Shown here: piece by piece, positions 25,701-39,747 of the stretch | Numbering within the stretch: the first letter of the stretch is position 1 | How the letters are laid out: each line of letters opens with the position of its first letter | Program-made: the position numbers and the translations under genes | NCBI GenBank assembly: GCA_002104905.1 | Contig: MCFE01000209.1 | Span: 62,001 to 126,000, forward strand | Reading direction: 5' to 3' | DNA length: 64,000 bases | Origin: Basidiobolus meristosporus CBS 931.73 | Taxonomy: Eukaryota; Fungi; Basidiobolomycota | Notes under the pieces: generated by a model | Database searches by the model: none | Seen by the model: the letters and a program-made list of their open reading frames with translations, nothing else | Told to the model about the DNA's origin: nothing

Positions 25701-28072
25701 TGTGTACTCTTACTCTGCATGCAAAGAGTGCTTGGTCTATATACTCATCCCATCTACTGACAACTCCATTTGCATACTTGGTCAGCATTTTTCCAAATAA
25801 TCCATTAAACCGCTCAGTGACTCCATTAGTTCTGGGGTGATATGCCAAGGTTTTCAAGTGTCTAATCTGCTGCATTTCCAGGTAAGCCTCTAATGTCTTT
25901 GCCATAAAGCTTGCACCTCTATTGGATAAGATCCCCACTGGCATCCAAACTTCATCAGGATCTTGTGGTAAATGAAACTTGCAACTTCTTGTTCACTGGC
26001 TATTGGTACAGCTTTAGCAACTGGCCATTTAGTGGCATGGTCAATTGCTGCTAGGATCCAACGGTTGCATTTCCTGGTAGTTGGCAGTCTTCCAATAAAG
26101 TCAATTCCCCATCTCTCAAATGGTCTTACAGGCTCCAAAGGGAAGAGTTTGGCAGTTCTTTGTGGCTGGGCTTGATTGATTTGGCAGTTTGGACATGTTT
26201 TCACTAGCTTCTCAATATCTTGTTTCATTCTGGGCCACCATGCTCTGGCTTTCACAAGGCTATAGGTTCCTTCAATCCCAAGATGTCCATATCCATTGTG
26301 TAGCTTATGTATTAAATCCAGGCAAGAAACATAAGGGCAATAGGCAATACGGCTTCCATCAACAATTTGGTAGAGTGTTTCATCCTGTACAACAAATTTG
26401 CTGGCTTCATCACGGATTATCTTCTTGATATCTTCATCCACCTCATTAGGAATGGCTTGGTCATCCAAGTACTTTGGTAATAGGCTAGGCCAATCTGATT
26501 CATGCACCAAGTTGAGTTGTGCAACTTGATCTAATCTTGATAAGGCATCAGCAACTGTGTTATTTTTTCCAGGGCAGTAGGCAATCTCCAGGTCAAATTG
26601 CTGAATGTATTCACTCCATCTTGTCATTGTTCTAGAGAGTACCTTCTGAGTAATATATACTTGAGGGAGGGATGATCAGTCTTGACAGTGCATTTGACTC
26701 CCTCAATATAGCATCTCCATCTCTTCAAACAGTGTATTTTAGCAAGCATCTCCTTCTCATGAACTGGATAGTTTTGTTCTGCTGAGTTCAGTTTCTTGGA
26801 TTCAAAGGCAACAGGGTAGTCCTTTCCCTTGTGTTCTTGGCTCAGCACTCCACCAATTGCATAATCTGAGGCATCTGTGCACAGAGTGAACTCTTTTCTG
26901 AAGTCTGGTATTCTTAAGCTTGGCAGCTTAGCAAGTTCATTCTTGAGCGTCTGGAAGGCAGTCTCACAAGCTATGTCCCACTCGTAGGCATTGTCTTTCT
27001 TGAGGATATCAGTTAAAGGGGCTGCAATACTTGCAAAAGACTTGACAAATCTCCAATAATAGGAAACCATTCCAAGGAATGATCTGAGTTCTGATATGCT
27101 ATGGTGCTGCTTCAAATTCTTGATTACTTCCACCTTCTTGGGGTCTAAGGTTACTCTTGTGCTAGTCACTATGTGTCCCAGATATTCTACGTGTTCCTTG
27201 AAGAATTCACACTTGGGTAGCTTGCCATAAAGCTTGTTCTCTCTTAGCTTCTTCAAGATCTTTTCAATGTGCACCAAGTGATCCTCTTCTGTCTTGCTGT
27301 ATATCAGTATATCATCTAGGTAAATTATCACAAACTTGTCCAAGTACTCCTGAAAGACAGTCTGCATCAGCGTCATGAATGTTGCAGGGGCATTAGTGAG
27401 GCCAAAACTTATGACTAAGTACTTGTAATGTCCATATCTGGTCCTAAATGCTGTCTTGGGAATATCTTCTGGTTTTGCCCTAATTTGGTTGTATCCTGAC
27501 ATGAGTTCAATCTTGCTGAAAATAGTGGCTCCATTAAGTTGGTCCAAAAGCTCATCAATCCAAGGTATGGGGTACTTATTCTTGATGGTAACTGAGTTCA
27601 GGGCTCTGTAGTCAATGCACATCCTAAGAGTTCCATCCTTCTTTTTCACAAAAAGCACTGGTGCTCCCCAGGGTGACTTGCTGGGCCTGATGTATCCTTG
27701 CTCATGTTATGATCTGCCGCTTGAATGTTTAAGTTAGATCAGTTTTTAGCCAAATCAATCAGTATATGTTTAGGTCATCAGTATATCAGTATTATCTATG
27801 AAATCAGTAGCATTAGTCAGCAAATGAATCAGCAGATCCTTATCTGACAGAAATAGATATATTAAGTAGGATCTTATTGGGTGAAGATGATACAATCAAA
27901 TGAGTCATCAGCCACAACCTACATTAGAAAATACAATTAGTCAGCAATTAATCTGGCAAAATGTATATAAAGAGTGGCTGGAACCTCAATAAAAATCAGT
28001 TCAAGTTTTAGTGAATACAATACTAGCTAAACTCCCTATTCCTCTACAACTCTTATACCAAGACTTGTAACA
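22767..28072 (+). mobile_element. Young gypsy family B element (B4) with three 368-bp LTRs and an inverted RT-RH-IN segment
   Basis: LTR+ 22767-23134, then PBS TTGGTAGCAGC, gag-protease (23818-24849), LTR- 24850-25217, inverted pol 25218-27704 (long ORFs 25890-26627 and 26624-27658 on minus), LTR+ 27705-28072. Confidence 0.93.
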
Positions 28073-29066
28073 ATACTCTGGGCAGTGTTTCTCACTTCTA
28101 CAGCAGTGTTCTGACCTTCTGTTGACTAATGGGCTTATTGACTTTTATAGGAAGTTTTCCTTAGTTGGAAGTCACTTTTCTTTCTGCAAAAATATTTCCT
28201 AAAATAGAAATTTTGAACTCCCTGTTAGCCTAAAGGGTGTGTTGTAGAAGTCTCCAAAGGGGTCATTAGACCTCAAGGGGTGCCTTCAGAGTAAAGGGGC
28301 TTCTTGTAGTGGTCTCTAAAGTGGACATTACACTAATGGGGTGCCTAAAGGGGTCTCTAAAGGGGCATCTATAGGGGTGTCTTCAGAGTAAATGGGTTTC
28401 TTAGAGGACACTTCTCCAATAGAAAAGTGCTAGTTTCTTGTAGAACTTGGATTGGATTCTTGTGAGCTTTGCAGTCTCTTTACCAATTTAGTACTGATCA
28501 AAGTCAGAATACTCTACAGTGCAAGTGATGCAGAAGAAGTCTTGTAACCTTTACACTTGTAATTGTAGCGTGGAGATTTGGGAAAGAGAGGCTCTCCTTT
28601 ATTTTTCAGCTGGGGAAGTCATATATATGAAATTTCTGAAGGATCAAAATTTTTGGGCAATTGCGCAAGCAATACAGATGATAAAAAGCTAAATCTTGCA
28701 GTGGTGCAGATTGGACATAGGTGCAGCACCTGTGAAAATGTCATGGGATTTGATTGGCTGGCTTGAAAGTTACACGCAATCAAAGTCACCATAGTAATCC
28801 TAGCAATATTGGCCTAGTATATATAATAATTGGACTCTCTTGGTCATAACTCCTTAAGTACTGCTTCAAATGAGCTGTAATTTGAAAAATGTGTTGGCTA
28901 CTGCGCTTTCTGTATGACATAATATTATTGGGTGTATTGCTTGTCAGGGTCTGGAGTACTTGTCTTTCAAAGTTGGAATTTCTTGATCTTTCAAAATCAA
29001 AATAAAGAAACAAGAGCAATATTGGTTTTGAGGTATTATAGTGATGGAATACTTTCCATTACCACA
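28073..29066 (-). repeat. Truncated 5' LTR of gypsy family A
   Basis: Aligns to ~11625-12658. The U5 end (~185 bp), PBS and gag start are missing at the junction with B4. Confidence 0.85.
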
Positions 29067-29523
29067 GCTCCTGTGGCTTGTAGCCTGTCACAAAAATGGA
29101 TGGCACTATCATGGTCCACTGTCAATCTGGCACTAAAAGTGCTTTGTATTGATCTTTCTTTAGGGATAGTATTAAATATAGTGCCAGATAGTACCAGTGG
29201 ACCAATATACTGCCACTCATTTTTGTGACATACTACAAGCCACAGGAGCTAGATTTAGAGCGCCAGGTGTATTGAGTACCAGATGCATATCATCAATCCT
29301 TTGGTGTACTTACACCTCCAGCATAACATTGATCCACAGAAACCTGTCAAAAAATGGATTTTCTCCTGCATCATAGGTGAAACATAGGGGCTGCTTTGCA
29401 TGAAGATGAAGAGCTATGTTTCACACTCTGTGGCCAAGTGTAGGCTCACTTGGCCTCTCTGGCACACTATGGGATTACTTGGGACTCATGGCTCAATGTG
29501 GCACTAACCAACTGAACAAGTCT
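29067..29523. mobile_element. Truncated foldback element (second copy of 48772-49502)
   Basis: Partial left arm 29067-~29135, loop, full right arm ending in ACTGAACAAGTCT followed by AAT. The loop is the reverse complement of the 49118-49157 loop. Confidence 0.85.
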
Positions 29524-30925
29524 AATATATTACGTAATATATCAGTAGGGCAAAGTGGCTTCCAAGATCAATATACACAGGACTCATCCAGGCAGCAGTT
29601 TCAAAGTATCAGACAAAGGGTAAGTGAATACTTTGAGGATTCCAAAGGTGAGCTTCAAGAGGAAGAATACAGACAGCAAGCAACAGCGTCTAGATTGTGC
29701 CAGCACACCTTGCTGGATTCCTTACCATCCCTTGCAACTTCAGCACACCAGCACACATCAGTCCAAACTATAGCAACATCCTTCACAAGAGCACCCTGCA
29801 TTGAGTCAACAAATGTTGGGTCAGCACATGCACTTCAAAGCAAAACCAACCAAACTTGCCAAACAGCTCAAAAAGACACAAGTCCATTTGAGCAGGCCAA
29901 GTTGCATCAACAAGCAGCATCACATTGAACTCAGCCAAGGGCCATGCCAGCGCATCAAGTTGCATCTGTGTATGCCATTACACCTGACCATCAGCAACTA
30001 ACTTCTGGTGAACTGACTGATAATGACCCAAATGAAGTGCCTCCACCACCAGAGCCTTTGGCAAGTGAAAGAACACATCATTGTGTAGCACTGCAGGCCA
30101 GCTCAGTTGCATCATCTTGAACAATTCAATGCAGCCAAGCTGCAGCATTGCACTGATCAACTTGGAGGCAAAATAGAAGATGATGCAACTGCATTGAATT
30201 GCTATTATTTGTCATGATCTAAACAACTCATTTTTTTTGCAATCCACATTGCGCCATTTCAAATCAGTGATTGCTAAATTTTTGATGTAAGCAATATCAA
30301 GGTTGTCTCACATTTGAGGCAGGACTCCTAAAAATAAACACCCTGCATATGTATACCTCATCTGTGGCACCAGTGCAGCCATTTGATCTCATTTGCACCT
30401 ATACAATTGGTTACATGCTAGCTATGACACATTGTTCAGTCACTAGAATCAGGGATCTACCTGCTTAATGGGCAAAATGGGATATTTGATGGCAAATCAG
30501 GTAGCTTGTGTATTGGTCAAAGAGCATATTGGGGGCAGACAGCTTCAGGATACTTTTGGATCAATTGACCACTGAGTTACCATCTAATTGGAGTGAAGGT
30601 AACAAAGATGGTAAGTATCAGTGTAGTTTATAGAGTGATACACATTTATTTCCATTTACATTAAAGAAATATATCCAAATACCTGATTTTTCCTACCACA
30701 ATAGTGGTATCCAATTGCACATGTGATGGAGACATTACAAGTTGGTGCAATCCTTTGTGTCAGCCTCATTGTGTCAGATTGTGGCATAGTGTGCAAGATT
30801 GTCACACATGGTGCAAAATGTCCAGGAGCAATCCTGCTTGCTGGTAGCTACAATATTGTGCCTGATTGTTCTTTAAAACCATGGATCATGATGTGCACCC
30901 TGGCACAGTACAATGGAACAAGTCT
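29524..30925. mobile_element. Body and right end of Harbinger-like element H2
   Basis: Right TIR AATGGAACAAGTCT ends at 30925, followed by ATT. The flank resumes the B1 RT broken at 11151. No recognisable coding domain inside. Confidence 0.65.
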
Positions 30926-33569
30926 ATTATGTCATCTAGGTAGATTACCACAAGCTTTTCTAAGTACTCCTGTTGTTATGATCTACTGCTTGAATGTTTA
31001 AGTTAGATCAAATTTTAGTCAAATGAATTGGTGTTATGTTTAGCCTATCAGTATATCAGTGTTATCTGTCAAATTTGCAACATTAGTCAGCAAATGATGC
31101 AGCAGATCCTTATCAGACATAAGTAATATGGTTGACAATGATGCAATCAAATGAGTCATCAGCCACAACCTACCTTTGGAAGTACATTTAGTCAGCAATT
31201 AATCTGGTAACATGTATGTAAGGAGCTACTTGAATCTCAATACAAATCAGTTCATGTTTTATTGAATAGAGTACTGGCTAAACTCCCTATTCCTCAACAA
31301 CTCTTTTACCTAGACTTGTAACATTGGTAGCAGCAATAATCAGAAACCTCCCCCAGGAAGAAAGAAGAAGCCTCCCTCAAAATGTCAGAAAATAAAGAAT
31401 GAAAGAATGCTATGCAGCAAATCCTGGCCTAATGGCAACATTTACGCCAGATCCTTGGCCTGCAGCAACCAGGAATGACTGCCATGGCCCAGAACCAGCA
31501 AAACCCTGTCAAGAGCAACTTTAGTGTAAAGGTCAACCAGTACCATGGCAGAGTCAATGAAGAGCTGGGAACTTGGCTCTTCCAGATTGAAGAAGCTGTG
31601 AAGGCCAAGGGAATTGCTCCAGAAAGTAAGTTGCATTATGCAGCTTATTACTTAGCCAATGGAGCTTTACAGTGATACTGCATCAAGATCAGGTCAGCCA
31701 CCATTATGGGATGCTCTACAATCTTTACCTGGGAGAAGTTTGTGTTGGAAACTCAGGAAGCTTTGAACCCCACACCAGCAGAAACTACTGAGAAGGAAGC
31801 TAAAGATACTCAGACAGAAAGAAATGCCTCAAGAATACACCTATGAGTGTAGATGCCTACTTGGACTAATTGAAAGAATGCACCCCCTGTATCAAGGTAA
31901 ATACATTATAGATGGGTTGAAAGAAATAACTTGCAAGGAAGTGAATTATTGAAGACCTCTGATTATTGAAATAGCCATCAAGATTGACATTGACTATTGC
32001 TCAGCTATTTTTGGAGTTGGAAAGCCACAATGACAAGTCACAGTGGCTATGATCACTGTGAAAAAGACAATCAGAAGCAGTGCCAATGGAAATAGACACT
32101 GTGCATAAGAATCCTACCTCTAAAAAATGTAAGGAAGAAGGACTTTGCTTTAATTGCCACCAGCAACAGCACATTGCAAAATACTGCCCTCAGAGAAGAT
32201 ATGGAAACTAGCCAACAAGTACCTTCAACCATATTAAAGCCCTTGAGCATAGTCTCATGAAGGATGAACTTGAAGAAAACTCAGAACTCACCTTCCATAT
32301 GACAGAGAAACACCTATCCCAAATAACCCCAAACTCAGGAAAGCTATTTTATATGAATAGAGTAATCAATGGAGTACCTGCCAAGATCATGATTGACTCA
32401 GGAGCATTGCATGAGTAGATGTCAGAGCAATTTGCGTTGAAAGCCAGAATCTACTTGAACACACCAAGTCAACTTCAGTCTCTACAGCTTATGGGAACTC
32501 TCACATAATCAACTGTTTTACTCAGCTAGTAAGAATGAAGATCAATGAATATGAAGAAAACCTACTTGTCTATGTATTAGGGGACTGCTAGTTTGGCCTT
32601 GTACTTGGAAAAGCCTGGCCATCTTGTTGCAGCCTATCAATCAACTTGAGAACCTATGCTACTCAGATCCCAAATGGCAACAAGACCTACCAGCTATTAC
32701 TTGACAGACTGATTTGCAACTTGGTCAATTCCAGTGTGTGTGAAACAAGAAAGCTTAGCAAGACATAGTTCTGTAGAGCACTTAGAGAAGGCATCCAACG
32801 TTCCTCATGGCAGTTTTACAGGAGGCTTCCACTATTCCAGCACCCCAGGAGGTCCAGACTCTTTTGAAGGAATATTGTGACTTGTTTTCAGATGAGCTAG
32901 TTAGACTGCCACCAGTCATAGATGTGGATCATGCCATCAACACAGGAGATAGCCCTCCAATGAGTAAGACACCTTACACAATGAGTCCATTGGAGTTAGA
33001 GGAAATGAAGAGACAAATAGATCAGTTTTTGGCGCAAGGACATATCAGGCCCAGCAAGCCACCTTGGGGCACACCAGTATTTGTAGTGAAAAAGAAGGAT
33101 GGAACACTTAGGATGTGCATGGACTGCAGAGCCCTCAACTCAGTTGCTATGAAGAATAAGTATCACATACCTAGGATTGATGAGCTTTTGGACCAACTCA
33201 ATGGAGCCACCATATTCAGCAGGATTGACCTCATGTAAGGATACAACTATATTAGAGTGAAACCAATAGACATCCCTAAGACAGCATTCAGGACTAGATA
33301 GGGACATTATAAGTACTTGGTGTGAGTTTTGGCCTTACCAATGCCCCTATGACATTCACGCCCTTGATGCAAACAGTCTTCCAGGAGTACTTAGCCAAGG
33401 TTGTGGTGAATAACCTAGATGACCCATTGATTTACAGCAAGACAGAAGAAGAACACTTGGTGCACATTGAGAAGATCTTGTAGAAACTAAGAGGGAACAC
33501 ACAGTATGGCAAGTCACCAAAGTATGAATTCATGAAGGTACATGCTGAATACCTGGGTCACAGAGTAAC

Positions 33570-36500
33570 TGTAGAGATATTAGAGGTATATATTGGACGT
33601 AGAATGTAGAAATAGAACATTTACATGATATTCACTTATTTATATATTCAGTTTCAACACTGTATTTATACTTATTGTAGAGCCACATAAGTGTAATTAT
33701 TTACTCATTATAAGGGGAATATCAGGAGTACAAGTGCCTAGTTTCATCTCATTTGGAAAAGTTTCAGATTTTCCTAAAAATCTGTACTTCACTAATTTCT
33801 CATAATATGCAAATATCTTACAAACTAATTTTCAAGTTAATAGGCTGAGATATGTCACTCAACTAAGTGCTAACTCATAATATATTAATAATTAGGTGGA
33901 CTCCTAACTATTTCAGCACTCCTACTCATAAAATATACTCATATAATTACAAGCTTGCTGTGATGTTGTGTATCTTCCAGTTGAATTTTAAACTGCAAAT
34001 AACAATCTAACCTATTGGACTAATGTATTCTCCAATACATGTTAGGGATTGCACATCATCTGTAATAGCTTAGTGTAAACCTATACTATTAGCTACATAC
34101 TTCATATCAAATTATTATGTGTCTGAATACTGATGTCATCAAGGAATATATCCAGATGAATATCATCCACTTGTTTGGAGTAAAGATTTTCATATATTGC
34201 TTATATTCTTTCATGCTTCCCACCATTGGGTAGCTGCACTTTCAGGATTTCTGCTGCTTCTTATTTGAGTGTAATTGGTCTACAACTGGCAAGTTATAGT
34301 TTGGTTTCTTTCCAGTTGATCTGGATCATCCACAGTTGTAGTATGTAATCTATTTTACTTAGACCACTCTCCAAATGTGCATAACTGGATCTGGATAATA
34401 ATTTTCCCTGTATACTCCATATATCATCCACTAGAGTCAATAACTGGTTTGCATTATGGAAGTCTTGATTGTCACTGGTTGATCTAATATTTCCTCTTCT
34501 GGACTGGTATTTTCAATGGTATTGGGACTAGGTTTTCTCATTCTTGATCTGGGATATTGTACTCCCACTGAAGCTACATCTTCTGGTGCTTCCTGTCTTC
34601 TAAAATTGACTTTGATGGATCATATATATTCTTCTTATCTAGGCATAACTTTCTTGGATTAATATTTCTGTTACATACTCATATCTTCTGTTTGCATCTT
34701 GAAAGGCTTAATTTGGTATCTCTGAATACCACAGCCTGATTGGTAGCTAATTATAGAGTCTGCATCCTAAACAGGATAGATATGTTCTCATATTGAGCTT
34801 AAACTGTACAAACATATCTGGCACTTACCAATTGCATAAATCTACCATGACAACCCTGTTATGATACTGTTGCTTTTGGTAGAGTATTCCAGCATAGAGC
34901 TTGGTGTCCAGTGCAAATAGACAAGCCCATGATCTTTGGCACCCATAATAACCCTTAGGTTGGCACTTAGTACCACTTTTCTTGCTCCAACTGCAAGGAA
35001 GTGTTGTGTTGTATTATGATTAGTTTGGGGCTTGTTCTACAATGTAGAGGCTAATCAGCAATATACAACAACTTCCAGTATGCTAATACTGAAATAGTTT
35101 ATTGGGAGTTTGATCTACCAATAGAAGATATAACTTTCACTAATTTCCTCAATCTTGGCTCAAAATATACTGTAGGCAGTGTTTATCACTTCTACAGCAG
35201 TGTTCTGACCTTCTGTCAACTAATGGGCTTATTTACGTTTATAGTAACTTTTCCTTATTTGGAAGTCACTTTCCTTTTTGAGAAAATATTTCCTAATATG
35301 GAAATTCTGAACTCCCCTTTAACCTAAAGGGGTGTGTTGTAGAAGTCTCTAAAGGGGTCTTTAGACCTAAAGGGGTGTCTAAAGGGGTGTCTTTAGAGTA
35401 AAGGGGCTTCTTAGAGGGGACTCTAAAGTGGACTTTACACTAAAGGGGTGCCTAAAGGGGCTTCTTTAGAGTAAAGAGGTCTCTTAAAGGGGTCTCTAAA
35501 GGGGTCTTTAGACTAAAGGGGTGTCTAAAGGGGTGTCTTTAGAGTAAAGGGGTTTCTTAGAGAGGACTTTTCCAACAGAATAGTGGTAGTTTCTTGTAGA
35601 ACTTAGATTGGATTCTTGTGAGCTTTGCAGTCTCTTTACTGATGTAGCACTGATCAAAGTCAGAATACTCAACAGTGCAAGTGATGCAGGGGAAGTCTTA
35701 TAACCTTTAAACTTGTAATAGTAGTGTGGAGATTCTGGAAAGAGAGGCTCTCCCTTTATTTTTCAGCTGGGGAAGTCATATATATGAAAATCTTGAAGGA
35801 TCAAAGTTTTTGGGCAATTGCACAAGCAATACATGTGATACAAAGCTACAATTCTACAGTGGCGCAGATCGGACATAGGCGCAGCACCTGTGAAAATTTC
35901 ACGTGATTTGATTGGCTGGTTCAAAAGTTACATGCAATCAAAGTCACCATAGTAATCCTAGCAATAAGGCAGAGTATATATAATAGTTGGACTCTTTTGG
36001 TCATAACTCCTTAAGTACTGCTTCAAATGAGCTGTAATTTGAAACATGTGTTGGCTACTACGTGTTCTGTATGACATAATATTCTTGGGTGGATTGCTTG
36101 TCAGGGTCTGGAGCATTTGCTCTTCAAAGTTGAAAATTCTTGATCTTTCACTTGTGTGTTATGATAGCAAAAAGCAAAATAAAGAAATGAGTGCAATATT
36201 GGTTTAGAGATATTGTAGTAATGGAATACTTTCCATTACCACAGAAGTTGATTTTATTTTGCTGTAACATAGATGTTACCTCTGAGTGTGTAGCTTCTCA
36301 TGGACTTTTCTGCTGCCTTCTCAAGTATCAATATTCCATTATCCTTGAGTGATAGGATTACTGGATCACATCCAGTGTGCTACATAGTGCAAATCTGGCT
36401 TAAGTATCTTATAACTATATTTAGAAATTGACTGTGTATTGTCTATTCTGATATGTCTCATCTGAATTGGTTATCCACTTAGATCTGACATAACTAATCA

Positions 36501-37864
36501 CAGGCTTGATCATATCTGATCAAATAAACTTTCTTAAAGAGCCATATCTCTCAGCGTCTTGGTAGCAGATATTATTACTAAAATGTGGCCTTTAGCTGGG
36601 AGCTGCAAGTAACTCAATTTGATCATAATAGCATGAATAACATTTGATTCATTCTGATATATATGATTGGCAATCACTGAACGCTAAGTGCTATATGTAC
36701 TAATATAGGGCAACTAGTACTTTCCTCAATATTGTTTCATATACTCTCCACTGTGTGTACATAGAATATATGCATATACTATTGGTCAGGATCTCCAGTA
36801 CCACTTTTCTTGATGGCAGTAGAAATTCCATGTTAAGATATTTATAGATATATCTCTTCCCACTCTTTCTAATACTTAATGTAAACATATAGCTTGTCTA
36901 ATAGGTGTCTCACAGAGCCTCAGTGTTTTTGCTACTACAAATAGTACCACTGATATATCATGCATACCACTCCAAAGATGATATGCCTGAGATCACTGAT
37001 TTTTGCCCAAATATATTGGTATTATATATCATTCTGATCCTCAGCTCAAGTGGCTACAGACTTATATAAATTTGCTGCAGAAATGCATGTGCTTGACTGA
37101 CTGAAATAGTCTAATACACACCCAGGTACATGTAGATCCTCATCATAGCTCTCTTATGCTATGATATTAAGGATTATATCATTAATACCTATATTGTGTA
37201 TTATACTCTTTATTGATCTGGACTCCTTGCTGGGATTATATATTCCTCAACACTTCATCATTCTGCATATTTCATAATTTGAAGTTTGTCCACCATGCTC
37301 TCCTTGGCATATGACCTCTTTCTTCCCCTAAGTGTCTTCTTCAAGGGCTAATGACTCTCTTGCCATTACAATATATTCTACTTAGCAGCTCTCTGTAATG
37401 GCAGTCCTTTTTTTTTTCTAACTTCAGGTAGACAAAACAATCTCTCTCCTGAGTGAAGACACAGCAGTAAAGCAAAGTAGGCACCCAAGATATAGCAAGC
37501 TTGGTGCTCATCACCTGCTGAAATATCAGAGATATATATTGCAAGTGAAATGGAGAATTAAATGATTTACATGATAATTACCTGCTAATTTATTGAGTTG
37601 CTATCCAGTATTTGTACTTATTGCAGAACTACAGAAATGTAGCTGTTTTCTTATTATTAGGGGAAAATCAGAAGTAAATGTGCCAAGCTTCAGCTCATTT
37701 GGACAAGTTTCAGATATTCCTAGAATTCTGTACTTCACTAATTTCTGTTAATTTGCAAATATCTAACAAACTAATTTCTAAGCTAGTATACTGAGATATG
37801 TTGTTTCACTAGGTGCTAGTTCAAAATATATTAGTAATTAGGTGGTCTCCTGATTATTTCAACG
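33570..37864 (-). mobile_element. Old, internally deleted copia-like element inserted in B2 RT
   Basis: Mutually alignable LTRs at 33570-33918 and 37516-37864. On the minus strand, PPT GAGTAGGAG and a degenerate PBS GGTGATGAGCACC. TSD GTAAC/CTAAC. Removal restores GHRVTRAGV. Coding remnants are weak. Confidence 0.75.
35002..36243 (-). mobile_element. Solo LTR of gypsy family A
   Basis: Full-length copy with TG...CA ends and a 4-bp TSD GAAG. Confidence 0.92.
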
Positions 37865-38310
37865 CTAACTAGGGCAGGAGTGACCTGGCACCTAAGAAAG
37901 CTGAAATCATGAAGAATGTAAGCAGTCCCATAGCAAATTAGAGCTGGATCCTTTCTTGGTATGACTAACTGTTATTGGAGATTTAGCAGGTCCTTTGCAA
38001 GCACTGCAGCCCCTTTAACTGATACTCACAAGAGAGAAAACACCGTGAAGTGGGACATAGCCTGTGAGACTGCCTTTCATATGCTCAAGAATGAACTTGC
38101 TAAGCTGCCAAGATTAAGAATCCCAGACTTCACAAAAAAGCTTACTCTGTACACAGATGCTTCATATTATACAATTGGTGGAGTATTGAGCCAGGAACAT
38201 GAGGGAAAGGATTACCCAGTTGCTTGTGAGTCCAAGAAACTCAACTCAGCAGAACAAAACTATCCAGTGCATAGAAGGAGAAGCCTCCCATAATACACAT
38301 AATTAAGAAG

Positions 38311-38661
38311 TGATATGGATATAAGGAACTTATCAAGAAATAGTGATAATAGTTGAACTGTTGTTTATTAATAAAGAAGCTCAGTATTTATACCTTTGTA
38401 GAAGTAATACAGCTGTAAACTAAGTAAGGAGGGTTTCTCAATATTCAGGAGCATTCTGTAACAGTTTCAAGGTTAGTACATAATTGTTAGTATTAGTGCT
38501 AATTTGATCCTGACTATAGGGGAATAATCATAAGATCAAAGATCTGAACAAAGTGGCAAAGTTAGAGCTGTAAATTAGTCTCACAGTGACCAAGACTAGT
38601 CCAGAACTGTTAGGTAAATTTTTAGCTGCTGAATGTTATCAAATAGTCCAATATTTCAACA
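38311..38661 (-). mobile_element. Probable solo LTR of a copia-like family in B2 RNase H
   Basis: 350-bp AT-rich insert with TG...CA ends. Its minus-strand start TGTTGAAATA resembles the LTR at 37864. No clean TSD. Confidence 0.45.
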
Positions 38662-39747
38662 GATGCCTCACTTGAGTATCTATTTACTCATGAACTATTA
38701 TCCAGAAGAATGACAAAATTGAGTTAATACATTCAGTCATTTGATATGGGAATTGTCTACTGCCCTTGGAAAAACAACATGGTTGCCCAGTCCTTATCAA
38801 GATTAGAAGAAGTTGCACAACTCAGTTTGATGCATGAGTCAGATTGGCCTAGCTTACTACCACAGTACTTGGAGGACTAAGCTATCCCTAATGAGGCTGA
38901 TGAAGATATCAAGAAGATAATCCAGGATGAAGCCAGCAAATTTGTAGTACCAGATGAAACACTATGCTAATTTGTTGATGGATTCCATATTGCCCATTGC
39001 CCTTATGTTGCTTACCTGGATTTAGTACATAAGACACATAAGGATATGGGAATATAGCATCAAAGGAACATATACCCTGTGAATGAGTCAAGAGCATGGT
39101 GAAGACTGATCATACCCCACTCAAGTATATGTTTACTCAGAGTGTACTGTTCAGAAGAATGACAAAATGGAGTGAATTCATTCAGCAATTTGATTTGGAG
39201 ATTGTCCACTGCCCTGGAAAAACAACATAGTTGCTGTTGCCTTATCAAGATTAGAGCAAGTTGCACAACTCAACTTGATGCACAAATCAGATTGGCCTAG
39301 CTCTTTACCAAAGTACTTAGAGGATCAAGCTATTCCTTATGAGGTGAGCATGGTGGCCAATAATGAAAAAAGCTATTGAGAAGCTAGTGAAAACATACCC
39401 AAATTGCAAAATGAACCAAGGCCAACCACAGAGAATGGCTGAGCTCTTTCCCTTGGCGCCAGTGAGAATGTTACAATCTACTGCTTGACTGTTTAAGTTG
39501 GATCAGTTTTTAGTCAAGTCAATAAGTTATGTGTTCAGCCTATCAGTATATCAGTGTTATCTCTCAAATCAGTAGCATTAGTCAGCAAATGAATTGGAAG
39601 GTCTTATCAGACAGAAATAGAAAATAAAGTATGATCCAATTGGGTGATGATGATTCATTCAAATGAGTCATCAGCCACATCCTACATTAGGGAATACAAT
39701 TAGTCAGCAACTGATATGACAAAATGTATATAAAGAGTGGCTGGAAC

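Noticed and set aside
29416-29928. 170-aa ORF
   Set aside because: It starts inside a foldback arm and crosses an insertion junction, so it is chimeric, and no domain is recognisable.
35855-35930. tRNA-like look in LTR A (AGTGGCGCAG...GCGC...GGTTCAAA; A-box and B-box-like)
   Set aside because: The D-loop would be 13 nt, and the anticodon and acceptor stems do not pair. No cloverleaf can be supported by eye; tRNAscan-SE would settle it.
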